A DNA stretch of 64,000 nt from an uncultured candidatus Porisulfidus sp. (lineage in GTDB: Bacteria; Pseudomonadota; Gammaproteobacteria; Poriferisulfidales; Oxydemutatoraceae), in assembly GCA_965215125.1 (NCBI GenBank), contig OZ244052.1, forward strand, positions 992,001-1,056,000. Reading direction: 5' to 3'. The notes below the pieces were generated by a model. It did not search any database. It saw only the letters and a program-made list of their open reading frames with translations, and was not told the origin of the DNA. Below, one piece after another: positions 28,755 to 38,650 of this stretch (the stretch's first letter is position 1; each line of letters opens with the position of its first letter). Position numbers and translations under genes: made by a program.

Positions 28755-28793
28755 AACCGGCGATTGACCTATCGGTTCAATCGGCCGTTCTAT
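28751..28793. repeat. Repeat family B palindrome containing the protease stop codon
   Basis: atagaaccggcgattgacc-tatc-ggttcaatcggccgttctat; related copies at 1-19, 12306, 14330, 39356 and 41038. Confidence 0.75.
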
Positions 28794-28836
28794 TTGTGCA
28801 ATGACGATACTTTTCTAACAACCCCAACCCGCTTTT

Positions 28837-30033
28837 TTAGTTTTCTTCCGGCATGATTCTTTTCATAAAGCTGTCAAAGAGAGGGACTGTAAACTCTGTA
28901 TCTCCGTGAGAGGGGCTGTAGATCATTCCTTTTTTTATCAGTTTGTTTCTTAGAGGGGCTACACTTTGGGGGCTGGCTGCTAATTTTTCGGCTATATCTC
29001 CTGAACGATGACTTCCGCCACCGAAAGAGGCTAAAGCTCTAAGATATTTCTTTTCTTTGGGCGTAAGTCTGTCAAAGCGCACTCGGAAAAAACCCTCGTC
29101 TAAGCGATTTAACGAATGTTTATTCGCTTTTTTCACAACATCCAAAGTGATTACTTTTGAGTTGGATAAATTCCAGCATTGGTATCCCCACTCTTGTAAA
29201 AAATAAGGGTAGCCTTTCGTTTTGTTAAAGATTTCTTCAAGGGCTTTTTTATCAAAGCGTATGTTAAAGGCTTCGGTGGGTTTTTGAAGGGCTTGAAAGG
29301 CAAGTTCCTTTTCAAGAGGCCCGAGATGAGGAAAGTCAAACATTCTTTCTGCATAAGACTTTGAGGCCCCTATAAGGCTTAGCAGTTGGGGCAGTCCTGC
29401 ACCTATCATCATAAGAGGAAGTTGTTTTTGTACGATTCTATGAAAAGCCATAATAAGCGCGCTGAGTTCTTTTTTTGATAAGTATTGAATTTCATCTAGT
29501 ATAAGGACTAAAACTGCATTGTGTTCTTTTATAGCTTCACCGACATGTTCCAAGAGGATAGGAACATCGATTTCCAAATCACCGCTATCGGCAGAGCCTT
29601 TTTCCGGTTCAATATCTAAATCTAAACTTATTTCAATATTGCCATACTTTAGCTTCAGGGATTTCAAAAAGCTTTTAAGTATACGAAAGGCCTTTTTAAT
29701 TTTTTGACTATTTCCTTTATTTTGAAGGCTGAACAGTAGCTTTTGCAGATGAACGGCTAAGGTTGTAGAAAAGTGTTTTTTCTCGTGAGCTTCTATGTAG
29801 ATGGAGTAGCAGTTGTATTTTTCTACAATGCCGTCAATTTTGTTCAAAAGAACCGTTTTCCCTACCCCTCTTAAGCCTACTAGCAGAAAACTTTTTTCTG
29901 ATTTTCTGCGATGGAGTCGAGCTAGGGCGAGACGGGCTTTTTCTAAAATCTCCGAGCGACCCACTAGTGCCGGCGGAGGGGCTCCTGCGCCTGGGGAAAA
30001 GGGGTTTTCTATCTTGTGTTCTTCATAGTTCAT
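28837..30033 (-). CDS. P-loop AAA ATPase with a C-terminal winged-helix domain
   Basis: NPFSPGAG.PP..LVGR N-terminus, Walker A GLRGVGKT, Walker B ILDEIQ, GYPYFLQ, and C-terminal HTH (SGDIAEKL...LIKKGMIY). Confidence 0.85.
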   Translation of the reverse strand: MNYEEHKIENPFSPGAGAPPPALVGRSEILEKARLALARLHRRKSEKSFLLVGLRGVGKTVLLNKIDGIVEKYNCYSIYIEAHEKKHFSTTLAVHLQKLLFSLQNKGNSQKIKKAFRILKSFLKSLKLKYGNIEISLDLDIEPEKGSADSGDLEIDVPILLEHVGEAIKEHNAVLVLILDEIQYLSKKELSALIMAFHRIVQKQLPLMMIGAGLPQLLSLIGASKSYAERMFDFPHLGPLEKELAFQALQKPTEAFNIRFDKKALEEIFNKTKGYPYFLQEWGYQCWNLSNSKVITLDVVKKANKHSLNRLDEGFFRVRFDRLTPKEKKYLRALASFGGGSHRSGDIAEKLAASPQSVAPLRNKLIKKGMIYSPSHGDTEFTVPLFDSFMKRIMPEEN

Positions 30034-30037
30034 AGGT

Positions 30038-30103
30038 GAAATATACCAAGTTTATCCAAATATATCAAAATTTTAGTATATTTAGGTAAACTTGGTATAT
30101 TTC
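30038..30103. promoter_or_regulatory. 27-bp-arm inverted repeat directly upstream of the AAA-wHTH gene; probable operator
   Basis: gaaatataccaagtttatccaaatata-N12-tatatttaggtaaacttggtatatttc, 25/27 match, 4 nt from the start codon. Confidence 0.6.
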
Positions 30104-30122
30104 GGGACACCAATGACAAGAT

Positions 30123-30148
30123 TGTACGATGCCGGATACATATTGGAC
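30123..30148 (+). mobile_element. Solo terminal inverted repeat matching the 13365-13535 element
   Basis: tgtacgatgccggatacatattggac, 24/26 identical to 13365-13390. Confidence 0.55.
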
Positions 30149-30376
30149 CTTGTAAGTCATTGATGCTCAATGAAAATCATCGCTGATATTAAGGGAAGTT
30201 TCCCGATAATTAGGGCAACTAATATAAAGGAGACACTGATTTTGTATAAATTAATAGAATACTTTTTCGACAATTTCCCATCAGTAATGTCGCCTAATTA
30301 GCAGTTGCAGTATAATGCTCATAATAGTACTATTTATAATATAGTCAAAAAATAAACGTTATACGGAGAAATAAAA

Positions 30377-30838
30377 ATGGCACATGATGCAGGCGTAATT
30401 GCCAATATGTTGATTAAACTGGGAGCTGAGAAAAACAGACCATTTACTCCTATGCAGATTATAAAATTAGTTTATATTTGCCATGGGTTTATGTTGGGGC
30501 TGTACCATAGACCCCTGATTATTCAACCTATAGAAGCATGGAAATATGGACCTGTGATAGAAACATTATATGCAAGCATGAGAAAATACGGTGGTTCACA
30601 TGTCACGAAGGAAATAAGGACAGGGCTCTCGTTTAAGAGCAAGGGTAAGTTAGATGAGTACGAACAAGATATTGTTGAACAAGTATTTAACAAATATAGT
30701 TATCTTTCGGGCATTGAATTATCAACTCTCACACATCAAGAAGGAACTCCTTGGTATATAGTGTGGCATGAAAGAGGCGGGAAAAGAGGGATTATACCTA
30801 ACGATATTATTGAAAGTTACTATTCGGCTTATTGCTAG
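30377..30838 (+). CDS. Panacea-domain (SocA/DUF4065) antitoxin, second copy
   Basis: IAN..I, TPMQIIKLVY..HG, IEAWKYGPVI and LSTLTHQEGTPW motifs; GGAG RBS. Confidence 0.9.
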   Translation: MAHDAGVIANMLIKLGAEKNRPFTPMQIIKLVYICHGFMLGLYHRPLIIQPIEAWKYGPVIETLYASMRKYGGSHVTKEIRTGLSFKSKGKLDEYEQDIVEQVFNKYSYLSGIELSTLTHQEGTPWYIVWHERGGKRGIIPNDIIESYYSAYC

Positions 30839-30840
30839 TA

Positions 30841-31191
30841 ATGGCGCAATTTAATAATAATAAAAAAGAGGTTAAAGATCCGCCTAAAGATTTAAGTTCG
30901 CAAGATGATAAATTAAGTCGGCAAGAATCACTTGAATATGCATCTCATCAAAGCCAACATAATAGACGTGAAGGAATTCTTGATTTAACCCATATAAGTC
31001 TCTCAAGAATTCTAAAAGTTATTGCTTGGTTATTTATAATTGCAATAATTATTATTGCTTACCATCTAATGGCTCCTAGTGAATGGCAGTGGCTTTCAGA
31101 AGAACAACTTGAAACATTACATACAATTTTTTCCAGCGTGTTTGTAAGTATGCTGGCTAGCAATTATTTACATAATTATTTTAAGAAATAG
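30841..31191 (+). CDS. Two-TM small protein, candidate cognate toxin of the Panacea antitoxin
   Basis: ATG 2 nt after the antitoxin stop; hydrophilic N-terminus then two hydrophobic segments separated by a W.WLSEEQL loop. Confidence 0.6.
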   Translation: MAQFNNNKKEVKDPPKDLSSQDDKLSRQESLEYASHQSQHNRREGILDLTHISLSRILKVIAWLFIIAIIIIAYHLMAPSEWQWLSEEQLETLHTIFSSVFVSMLASNYLHNYFKK

Positions 31192-31378
31192 AGATTGCCC
31201 TTCGGCCTCCCCACTCCCCCTATATCTGCGGTTATTCTATGATAAAATCAGCCACAGGAAACGAGTAGCGAGTATAGGACGAGTGATAATTCAAATAAAT
31301 AGGCAGTCGGTTGATAAGGTAATCAGGCGTTGGGCGACACAACGGGTCTATGAAGTAGTGACACGGCAGTCTTAAGAG

Positions 31379-32029
31379 GTGATTTCAAAGTATATGCGTG
31401 AGCATCAAACATGCGGCAAAAGAAGCCGCTTTTTCCAACAAAGGAGTTATGTTAGAGTGCAGCAAGGTGAATCGACACTGTATGCGGTCGTCGCCTCGGT
31501 GTTCCTATTCCTTTCATTGCTTCTCGTGCCGGCATCGGCGTTGTATGCCGACGGACATTCGGGTTTGGGTCCGGTAATCCCCAAGGCTAAGGGTGAGCGG
31601 TGTGTGGAACCGACGGAGGTCATGCGTCGGCGGCATCACGAGTTTATATTGCATCAGCGTGATGATACCGTGATCGAGGGGATACGCACCGAGCAATACC
31701 GATTTACCCGGTGCATAGATTGTCATGTGCAGCCGACTGCGGCGGGCGAGTATCCGCGCCACAGCGACGATACGCATTTCTGCACCGCATGTCATCTTTA
31801 TAGCAGTGTGAGCATAGATTGTTTTCAGTGCCATGCAGATCGCCCCGCGCAAGCCTACACCACTATCAAATCAAAGCCCGAATCGGACTTGAAGGCATTA
31901 TCGGATATGAAACAACCGCAGAGTGGGCTATCATTGCAGTTTATACAAAAGCATTTAAGTGGTGGTGAGAAAACAAACGGCAATGAACGAGTGAGTAGTA
32001 ATGAACAAACAAGTGGCAATGGGCGATAA
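31379..32029 (+). CDS. dsrJ: DsrJ periplasmic triheme cytochrome c
   Basis: Three CxxCH motifs (CIDCH, CTACH, CFQCH), CVEP..MRR.H and HQRD.TV.EGIR; signal anchor; precedes dsrO and dsrP; exact start uncertain. Confidence 0.9.
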   Translation: MISKYMREHQTCGKRSRFFQQRSYVRVQQGESTLYAVVASVFLFLSLLLVPASALYADGHSGLGPVIPKAKGERCVEPTEVMRRRHHEFILHQRDDTVIEGIRTEQYRFTRCIDCHVQPTAAGEYPRHSDDTHFCTACHLYSSVSIDCFQCHADRPAQAYTTIKSKPESDLKALSDMKQPQSGLSLQFIQKHLSGGEKTNGNERVSSNEQTSGNGR

Positions 32030-32795
32030 AAATCTAAATACTTTGGCAGCTTCCGACTTGCCGCTTTCCAAAGGGCGGCGTGAGTTTATCCGCAAGGGGG
32101 GGGCGTTGATGGGTGGATTGACCATTGCGCCGGGTGTTTTTTTATACAGCATGCCGCATGCGAAGCCGGCGGATCAACCGGTAACCGATGCGGTGCGGTG
32201 GGGGATGTTGGTTGATGTCAATGCTTGTGCCGACGGTTGCAGTGCTTGTGTGGAGGCGTGCAACGAGGAGCATGGTTTGCAGGGCTTGGGACGACCGGCG
32301 ACCGATGCGCAATGGATACGCAAGCTCACCGTGCGAGATAAAACAACCGGCAATCAAAAATCGTTTCCGGTGATGTGCCAGCATTGCGAGAAGCCGCCGT
32401 GTGTGGATGTTTGCCCGACGGGTGCATCGTTTCGGCGTGCCGACGGTATCGTATTGGTGAACAAGCATACTTGCATCGGCTGTCGTTATTGCATGATGGC
32501 GTGTCCTTACAAGGCGCGTTCGTTCATACACGAGACACTGACCGATCAACTGCCTCATGCCCCGCGTGGCAAAGGCACCGTCGAGAGCTGTACCTTATGC
32601 GTTCATAAGGTAGACCGTGGCGACGGCACCACTGCTTGTGTAGAAGCCTGCGAAAGAGCGGGACACAATGCGCTGATTTTCGGCGATTTGAACGATCCCG
32701 AGAGCGAGATTTCGCAGCGTTTGGAAAAATATGGAGGGACACAAATCCGAGCCGATTTAGGGCTGAACACCGGCGTGCGTTATCAAGGCATCTAA
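32001..32795 (+). CDS. dsrO: DsrO periplasmic iron-sulfur protein (NrfC-like)
   Basis: Tat motif RREF; Cys clusters CQHCEKPPCVDVCP and CIGCRYCMMACPY. Confidence 0.92.
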   Translation: MNKQVAMGDKNLNTLAASDLPLSKGRREFIRKGGALMGGLTIAPGVFLYSMPHAKPADQPVTDAVRWGMLVDVNACADGCSACVEACNEEHGLQGLGRPATDAQWIRKLTVRDKTTGNQKSFPVMCQHCEKPPCVDVCPTGASFRRADGIVLVNKHTCIGCRYCMMACPYKARSFIHETLTDQLPHAPRGKGTVESCTLCVHKVDRGDGTTACVEACERAGHNALIFGDLNDPESEISQRLEKYGGTQIRADLGLNTGVRYQGI

Positions 32796-32798
32796 GCG

Positions 32799-34031
32799 AT
32801 GGAAAACACCGCGCATAAATTAATCCGTTATAGTTCTATGCCCGCGAATAGTCCGGGCTTTTTTATATTGCTGGGGACTTTCGGGTTGCTGATATTGGCA
32901 GGCATCGGGGCTGCCTATTATATGGAACATCACGGGCATTATGTAACCGGTATGAGCAACCAAGTCGTTTGGGGCATGCCACATGTGTTTGCAATATTTC
33001 TAATCGTCGCAGCATCGGGTGCGTTGAATGTGGCATCGATCGCTTCGGTTTTCGGCAAAGCGGATTACAAACCGTTGGCGCGCTTTTCCGGTTTGCTTGC
33101 GGTTGCGTTGTTGAGTGGTGGGCTTGCGGTGTTGGTGTTGGACTTGGGTCGCCCCGACCGTCTCATCGTTGCGATGACCTATTACAATTTCAAATCCATA
33201 TTTGCATGGAACATATTTCTTTATACCGGTTTCTTTGTAGTCGTTGCTATTTATCTATGGACGATGTTTGAGCGCAAGATGGCACCGTATATCAAATCGG
33301 CCGGTGTATTCGCGTTGTTATGGCGTTTGACATTGACGACCGGCACCGGGGCTATTTTCGGGTTCTTGGTTGCGCGCCAAGCCTACGATGCCGCAGTAAT
33401 GGCACCGATGTTTATTATCATGTCGTTCTCTTACGGGCTTGCGGTTTTTATTTTGGTGCTGACGACGGCATGCTATCTAACGAAGCGTCCGCTCGGCGAC
33501 TATATCTTGTTTAAGCTCAAAGACTTGCTCGGGGTATTCGTTGCGGTCGTGCTGTATTTTGTAATCGCCTATCATTTGTCTAATCTCTATGTTGCCGAAC
33601 ACGAAGGCATACAATCTTTTATATTGGTCAGTGGCGGTATTTATACCTCATTATTTTGGGGGGGGCAGATAGTCCTCGGCAGTTTGGTGCCGTTGTTGTT
33701 ATTTTATAGTCCGCCGACTCGGCAATGCAGGGTTGCCACATCAATCGGTTGTGTTTTAGTACTGCTGGGTGCGATGGCTCAGTTGTATGTAATCATTATA
33801 GGCGGTCAGGCGTATCCGTTGGTGATGTTTCCGGGGATGGTGGAGCAAAGCAGTTTTTACGACGGTGTCGTTGCCGAGTACATTCCGAGTTTGCCCGAAA
33901 TCGTACTCGGTGTAGGCGGCATTGCGCTGGCGTTGGCAATTTTGGTTTTTGCGCTTGCAGTTCTGGATTTTCTGCCCGACGATTTATCCGATAAACAATT
34001 TGGTGTAGACACTACGCCACAACCTAAATAA
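32799..34031 (+). CDS. dsrP: DsrP integral membrane protein (NrfD/PsrC family)
   Basis: About 10 TM segments, TGMSNQVVWGMPH and DLGRPDR motifs; follows dsrJO. Confidence 0.92.
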   Translation: MENTAHKLIRYSSMPANSPGFFILLGTFGLLILAGIGAAYYMEHHGHYVTGMSNQVVWGMPHVFAIFLIVAASGALNVASIASVFGKADYKPLARFSGLLAVALLSGGLAVLVLDLGRPDRLIVAMTYYNFKSIFAWNIFLYTGFFVVVAIYLWTMFERKMAPYIKSAGVFALLWRLTLTTGTGAIFGFLVARQAYDAAVMAPMFIIMSFSYGLAVFILVLTTACYLTKRPLGDYILFKLKDLLGVFVAVVLYFVIAYHLSNLYVAEHEGIQSFILVSGGIYTSLFWGGQIVLGSLVPLLLFYSPPTRQCRVATSIGCVLVLLGAMAQLYVIIIGGQAYPLVMFPGMVEQSSFYDGVVAEYIPSLPEIVLGVGGIALALAILVFALAVLDFLPDDLSDKQFGVDTTPQPK

Positions 34032-34038
34032 AGAAGAT

Positions 34039-35406
34039 GTGATTATGCAGACAATGTCCGATGTAATCGGTTCAATTAACAGCATCGTATGGGGCGCACC
34101 GATGCTGATTATCATCGTAGGGGTCGGGTTATTCCTAACCGTAGGATTGTCTTTATTGCCGTTGAGGAAAATCGGTCGCGGCTTTGTGCTGATGTGGCAG
34201 GGACGAAACTCAAAAGGTAGCGGAGATATCAGTGCCTTTCACGCCTTAATGACTTCGCTTTCGGCAACCATAGGCACCGGAAATATCGCCGGTGTTGCCA
34301 CTGCGATCGTATTAGGTGGTCCGGGTGCGGTTTTCTGGATGTGGATTACTGCGTTGGTCGGTATGGCAACGAAGTATAGCGAAGCCGTTTGTGCGGTGCA
34401 TTTTAGGGAAACCGACAACACCGGCAAACATATAGGCGGTCCTATGTACTATATTAAGAACGGCCTTAGTTCCAAATGGAAATGGCTGGCCGGCGTGTTC
34501 GCAGCGATGGGAGCAATCGCAGCCTTCGGCATAGGCAACATGGTGCAGTCAAACTCAATTGCCGATGCGTTGGACGACCACAATATCTATCCTCTTGTGA
34601 CTTCGGTCATACTATTTATATTGATATCGATGGTGTTGATCGGCGGTATCACTCGCATTGCGGTTTGGGCGGGGAAATTGGTGCCGTTTATGACCATTCT
34701 CTATGTGGCAAGTTGCATGGTCATTTTGATAATCAATTACGATGCGATACCGGCTGCATTTCAGCTGATAGTCACGACCGCATTCACCGGCACTGCTGCG
34801 ACAGGTGGTTTTGCAGGTGCGGCAGTCGCTGCGGCGATTCAGTTCGGAATCGCTAGAGGTGTGTTTTCCAACGAAGCAGGTTTGGGTAGTGCGCCGATCG
34901 CGCACGCTGCGGCAAGAACCAAAGATCCGATTACTCAAGGACATATAGCAATGTTGGGTACCTTTATAGACACTATTATCATATGTTCTATGACAGCACT
35001 TGTGATTATCACCACCGGCGTGTGGTCTAGCGGCGAGACCGGAGTTGACCTAACTGCGATGGCGTTTGACAGCGCATTAATGGGTGGCCATTACATTGTT
35101 ATATTTTCGCTTGTAATATTCGCCTTTACGACGATATTGGGATGGAGCTATTACGGCGAGAAGTGTTGGCAGTATCTATTCGGTGTTAAAGGTGTACCGA
35201 TATACAGATTCGCATGGATTGCAGCGGTTTTCATCGGTCCTTGGGCACTCACTTGGAAAGAAACCGCCCGCGCCGGTATAGATCTGATTTGGTTGATTGC
35301 CGACACATTGAATGCGGCAATGGCACTGCCTAATTTGATTGCGCTGATGTTATTGGCACCCATCGTAATACGCTTGACCCGCGAATATTACGACAAACAA
35401 TCGTAG
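34039..35406 (+). CDS. Alanine/glycine:cation symporter (AGCS family)
   Basis: [29 protein letters not shown] and [14 protein letters not shown] motifs. Confidence 0.93.
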   Translation: MIMQTMSDVIGSINSIVWGAPMLIIIVGVGLFLTVGLSLLPLRKIGRGFVLMWQGRNSKGSGDISAFHALMTSLSATIGTGNIAGVATAIVLGGPGAVFWMWITALVGMATKYSEAVCAVHFRETDNTGKHIGGPMYYIKNGLSSKWKWLAGVFAAMGAIAAFGIGNMVQSNSIADALDDHNIYPLVTSVILFILISMVLIGGITRIAVWAGKLVPFMTILYVASCMVILIINYDAIPAAFQLIVTTAFTGTAATGGFAGAAVAAAIQFGIARGVFSNEAGLGSAPIAHAAARTKDPITQGHIAMLGTFIDTIIICSMTALVIITTGVWSSGETGVDLTAMAFDSALMGGHYIVIFSLVIFAFTTILGWSYYGEKCWQYLFGVKGVPIYRFAWIAAVFIGPWALTWKETARAGIDLIWLIADTLNAAMALPNLIALMLLAPIVIRLTREYYDKQS

Positions 35407-35410
35407 CGGT

Positions 35411-35480
35411 ATTCCCCTCCTGTGGCGGGGAATTAACCACCCCGCCACCCCGCCACAAGAGGGGAAATGGTTCGCCCTAC
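35411..35480. repeat. Repeat family A-derived double hairpin
   Basis: ttcccctcctgtggcgggg...ccccgccacaagaggggaa followed by a REP-like cgccctac tail. Confidence 0.6.
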
Positions 35481-35482
35481 AA

Positions 35483-36499
35483 ATGATATATAATATGCTT
35501 TTAGTGAAACAGACGACTAAAAACCTTTCTCCTTCAACCCGCCTACAACTTAATAAACAGGGCGAATTAAGACATTTCATTTGTATAGGGGAACTTTCTC
35601 AAAGTTTATTAAAAAGATTATTCAACACTGCCACTTCGTTCATTCAAGAAAAGAACTCGGTAGTTAAGAAAGTGCCTTTACTACGAGCCAAAACCGTCGC
35701 CAATCTTTTCTTTGAGAGTAGCACCCGCACCCGTTCCACTTTTGAACTTGCCGCAAAACGATTATCTGCCGATGTGCTCAATTTGAATACGAGCGTTGCA
35801 GCCGTTCAAAAAGGCGAGTCGTTATTGGATACCTTAAAAAGTCTGGAAGCCATGAATGTGGATATCTTCGTGGTCCGACACAGCGACAGCGGTGCTGCGC
35901 AATTTATTGCTCGGCACATAAAAAAGGGTGTTGCCGTAATCAATGCCGGCGACGGCAGCCATGCGCACCCCACGCAAGCCTTATTGGATATGTATACCAT
36001 CATGCAACATAAACCGGATTTGGCGTCGCTCAATGTTGCGATCATCGGGGACATAAGACATTCTCGGGTTGCACGCTCGCAAATCTCAATACTCAAAACA
36101 ATGGGGGTTAAAAATATCCGCTTGATCGGTCCCACAACTTTGTTGCCACCGTTTGCCGAAAAACTGGAAGGGCAGGTTTTTCATACCGTAGAAGAGGGTA
36201 TATCAGGTGCCGATGTCATTATCGTATTGCGTCTACAAAAAGAACGTATGCAAGGTGGTTTCCTACCCAGCATGAATGAATATTATCATTGTTACGGAAT
36301 GACTATAGAGCGCCTAAAGCTCGCAGCACCCGATGCTATGGTGATGCACCCGGGACCTATCAACCGCGGGGTTGAAATCAGTTCTTTGGTTGCCGACGGG
36401 CATCAATCGGTAATACTAGAGCAGGTAACCTATGGCATTGCGATTAGGATGGCGGTTATGTCTCATGTGGTCAGCGGACAAATGCAGGAGATTCTTTGA
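35483..36499 (+). CDS. pyrB: Aspartate carbamoyltransferase catalytic subunit
   Basis: [24 protein letters not shown] and MHPGP motifs. Confidence 0.96.
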   Translation: MIYNMLLVKQTTKNLSPSTRLQLNKQGELRHFICIGELSQSLLKRLFNTATSFIQEKNSVVKKVPLLRAKTVANLFFESSTRTRSTFELAAKRLSADVLNLNTSVAAVQKGESLLDTLKSLEAMNVDIFVVRHSDSGAAQFIARHIKKGVAVINAGDGSHAHPTQALLDMYTIMQHKPDLASLNVAIIGDIRHSRVARSQISILKTMGVKNIRLIGPTTLLPPFAEKLEGQVFHTVEEGISGADVIIVLRLQKERMQGGFLPSMNEYYHCYGMTIERLKLAAPDAMVMHPGPINRGVEISSLVADGHQSVILEQVTYGIAIRMAVMSHVVSGQMQEIL

Positions 36500-37785
36500 T
36501 GAATCTACTGATAAAAGATACCCGCTTGCTTAGCACGAAGAAAGCACCCGCTTCCCAAACCGATATTGCTATCCGGCAAGGTGCTATAGAAGCCATAGGT
36601 GAAGTGCCTTCGAATTTTGTTGCCGAGCGCACAATTGATGCCAAAGGTTTATCGGCAATTCCCGGCTTAGTTGACTTAAGCGTTTATCTGCGGGACCCCG
36701 GCTTCGAATACAAAGCGACGATTGCATCGGAAACCAAAGCGGCGGCAGCGGGTGGCGTTACCACATTGTGCTGTATGCCCGACACCGAACCTAGAATAGA
36801 CTCGGCATCCACCGTTGAACTGATACAAAAACGGGCGCACGATGCGGATTTCTGCAAGGTTTTGACTATAGGGGCGATGACGAAGAAGCTGGCAGGGTTA
36901 GAGCTCAGTGAGATGGCTGCGCTCAAAGAGGCGGGTTGCGTTGCAGTGAGTCATTGCCACTACCCGTTTGCCAATGCTTTAGTATTGCGGCGTGCGCTGG
37001 AGTATGCGTCCGGGCTGGGCTTAAAGATATTCATACAACCTTTTGATAAGTCTCTGGCGATGAATGGTTGCGCCCACGAAGGTGCTTTAGCACTGCGTTT
37101 GGGGTTGGCAGGCATTCCCGCGGCATCCGAAACCGCGATTTTAAGCCAATGTATAGAAATTGCCGAAGACTTGCATGTGGCGGTGCATTTCTGTCGTCTT
37201 TCGTGTGCGCGCTCGGTAGAACTAGTTGCCACTGCACAAGCGCGCGGCTTGGCAATCAGTGCCGATGTGAGTGCACATCAACTCTTTCTAGACGAGGAGG
37301 TGCTAATACACTTTGACCCTAATTACCATGTATTGCCACCGTTGCGTAGCGAGCAAGATCGCAACGCATTGCGCGCAGCGATTCAAGACGGTACCATTTC
37401 TGTGATATGTTCCGACCACCAGCCGCACGATATCAGTGCCAAATTAGTGCCTTTCCCGTCCAGCGAACCGGGCATCTCTGCAATAGAAACTTTACTCCCT
37501 TTAACACTTCGCTTAGTCGAAGAAAATGTCGTTGATTTGACAAAAGCGATTGACTTGCTAACCCGAGGTCCGGCGGCTGTGCTTAATTGGGGTTGTGGCA
37601 CATTGCAAAAAGGTGGGGTTGCGGATCTTTGTCTGGTTGATTTAGATAAGAAGTGGACTTTGTCGGCACAGCATCTGTATAGTAGTGGCACCAATTCACC
37701 TTTTGTCGGTGAGACATTCAAGGGACGTATACATTACACAATATGCAACGGCAAAGTAAGTTATGAGTCCAAGTCATCCCGATAA
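36496..37785 (+). CDS. pyrC: Dihydroorotase-like protein, probably the inactive PyrC' structural subunit of ATCase
   Basis: Amidohydrolase fold ([20 protein letters not shown]), but the metal-binding HxH reads [10 protein letters not shown]; overlaps pyrB. Confidence 0.85.
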   Translation: MMNLLIKDTRLLSTKKAPASQTDIAIRQGAIEAIGEVPSNFVAERTIDAKGLSAIPGLVDLSVYLRDPGFEYKATIASETKAAAAGGVTTLCCMPDTEPRIDSASTVELIQKRAHDADFCKVLTIGAMTKKLAGLELSEMAALKEAGCVAVSHCHYPFANALVLRRALEYASGLGLKIFIQPFDKSLAMNGCAHEGALALRLGLAGIPAASETAILSQCIEIAEDLHVAVHFCRLSCARSVELVATAQARGLAISADVSAHQLFLDEEVLIHFDPNYHVLPPLRSEQDRNALRAAIQDGTISVICSDHQPHDISAKLVPFPSSEPGISAIETLLPLTLRLVEENVVDLTKAIDLLTRGPAAVLNWGCGTLQKGGVADLCLVDLDKKWTLSAQHLYSSGTNSPFVGETFKGRIHYTICNGKVSYESKSSR

Positions 37786-38650
37786 ACGTGCGACCATCTT
37801 TGTTGAACAAGCAGAGGTGCTTAATCATATCGCATATCCTGCACAACAATATCGCATGATTTTACACGCGCCGCGTTGTGCGGAAACTGCGCGTCCTGCC
37901 AATTTCGTACATCTGCGCTGTAGTAAGACATTGGCAATGAGGCGACCGTATTCAATTATGTCGGTATCAAAGCAACAAGGTCATATAGAACTGCTATACA
38001 AAGTGGTTGGTAAAGGCGGGCAGGCACTGTCGCAAAAACAAATCGGCGACGAGGTCAATCTTTTAGGACCCATAGGTAATTGCTTTACACCGCATCGACA
38101 GCGTCCCGAATTATTATTGCTGGGCGGCGGGGTCGGCATCCCGCCGATATTTTTCTTGGCACGACAAATCAAACAGGATAATATTTATAAACCCTTGGTC
38201 ATGGTCGCTTCGGAGGTTCCTTTTCCCTTTGAGTTAAAACCCTCACAGTTGCAGGTGCCGGAAATAAGCTCCGATTGTCATCTTGCTTTGGCGGAACTTG
38301 AGGTGTTGGGTATTGCGTCACGGCTTGCAAGCGGGCGCAGAAAACAAGGGCGCTTTGACGGCTATATAGATGCCTTTGCGCACACCTATTTAGAAAAAAT
38401 CTCTCCTCCAAGACTAGCGCGCACCGAGATATTTGCTTGCGGTCCCGAAGCTATGCTAAAAAGCATCGTCAAACTTTCTGTCGAGTTCAAGGTGCCATGC
38501 CAACTTGCGGTGGAAGAGTATATGGCATGCGGTGTAGGCGGATGCGCCGGCTGTACGATTGCAGTTCGGCAAAACGGTAAAACCGAGATGAAGCGCGTAT
38601 GTGTGGACGGACCGGTATTTAACGCGAACCAATTAGTGGACTTTGTCTGA
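37763..38650 (+). CDS. pyrK: Dihydroorotate dehydrogenase electron transfer subunit
   Basis: RRPYS FAD motif, GGGVGIPP, ACGP and the 2Fe-2S motif MACGVGGCAGC...RVCVDGPVF. Confidence 0.88.
   Translation: MSPSHPDKRATIFVEQAEVLNHIAYPAQQYRMILHAPRCAETARPANFVHLRCSKTLAMRRPYSIMSVSKQQGHIELLYKVVGKGGQALSQKQIGDEVNLLGPIGNCFTPHRQRPELLLLGGGVGIPPIFFLARQIKQDNIYKPLVMVASEVPFPFELKPSQLQVPEISSDCHLALAELEVLGIASRLASGRRKQGRFDGYIDAFAHTYLEKISPPRLARTEIFACGPEAMLKSIVKLSVEFKVPCQLAVEEYMACGVGGCAGCTIAVRQNGKTEMKRVCVDGPVFNANQLVDFV

Noticed and set aside
2061-31378. Prophage or ICE with att sites
   Set aside because: No integrase, structural or conjugation genes; only 8-9-bp matches (e.g. gtagcgagt) between the two ends, compatible with chance
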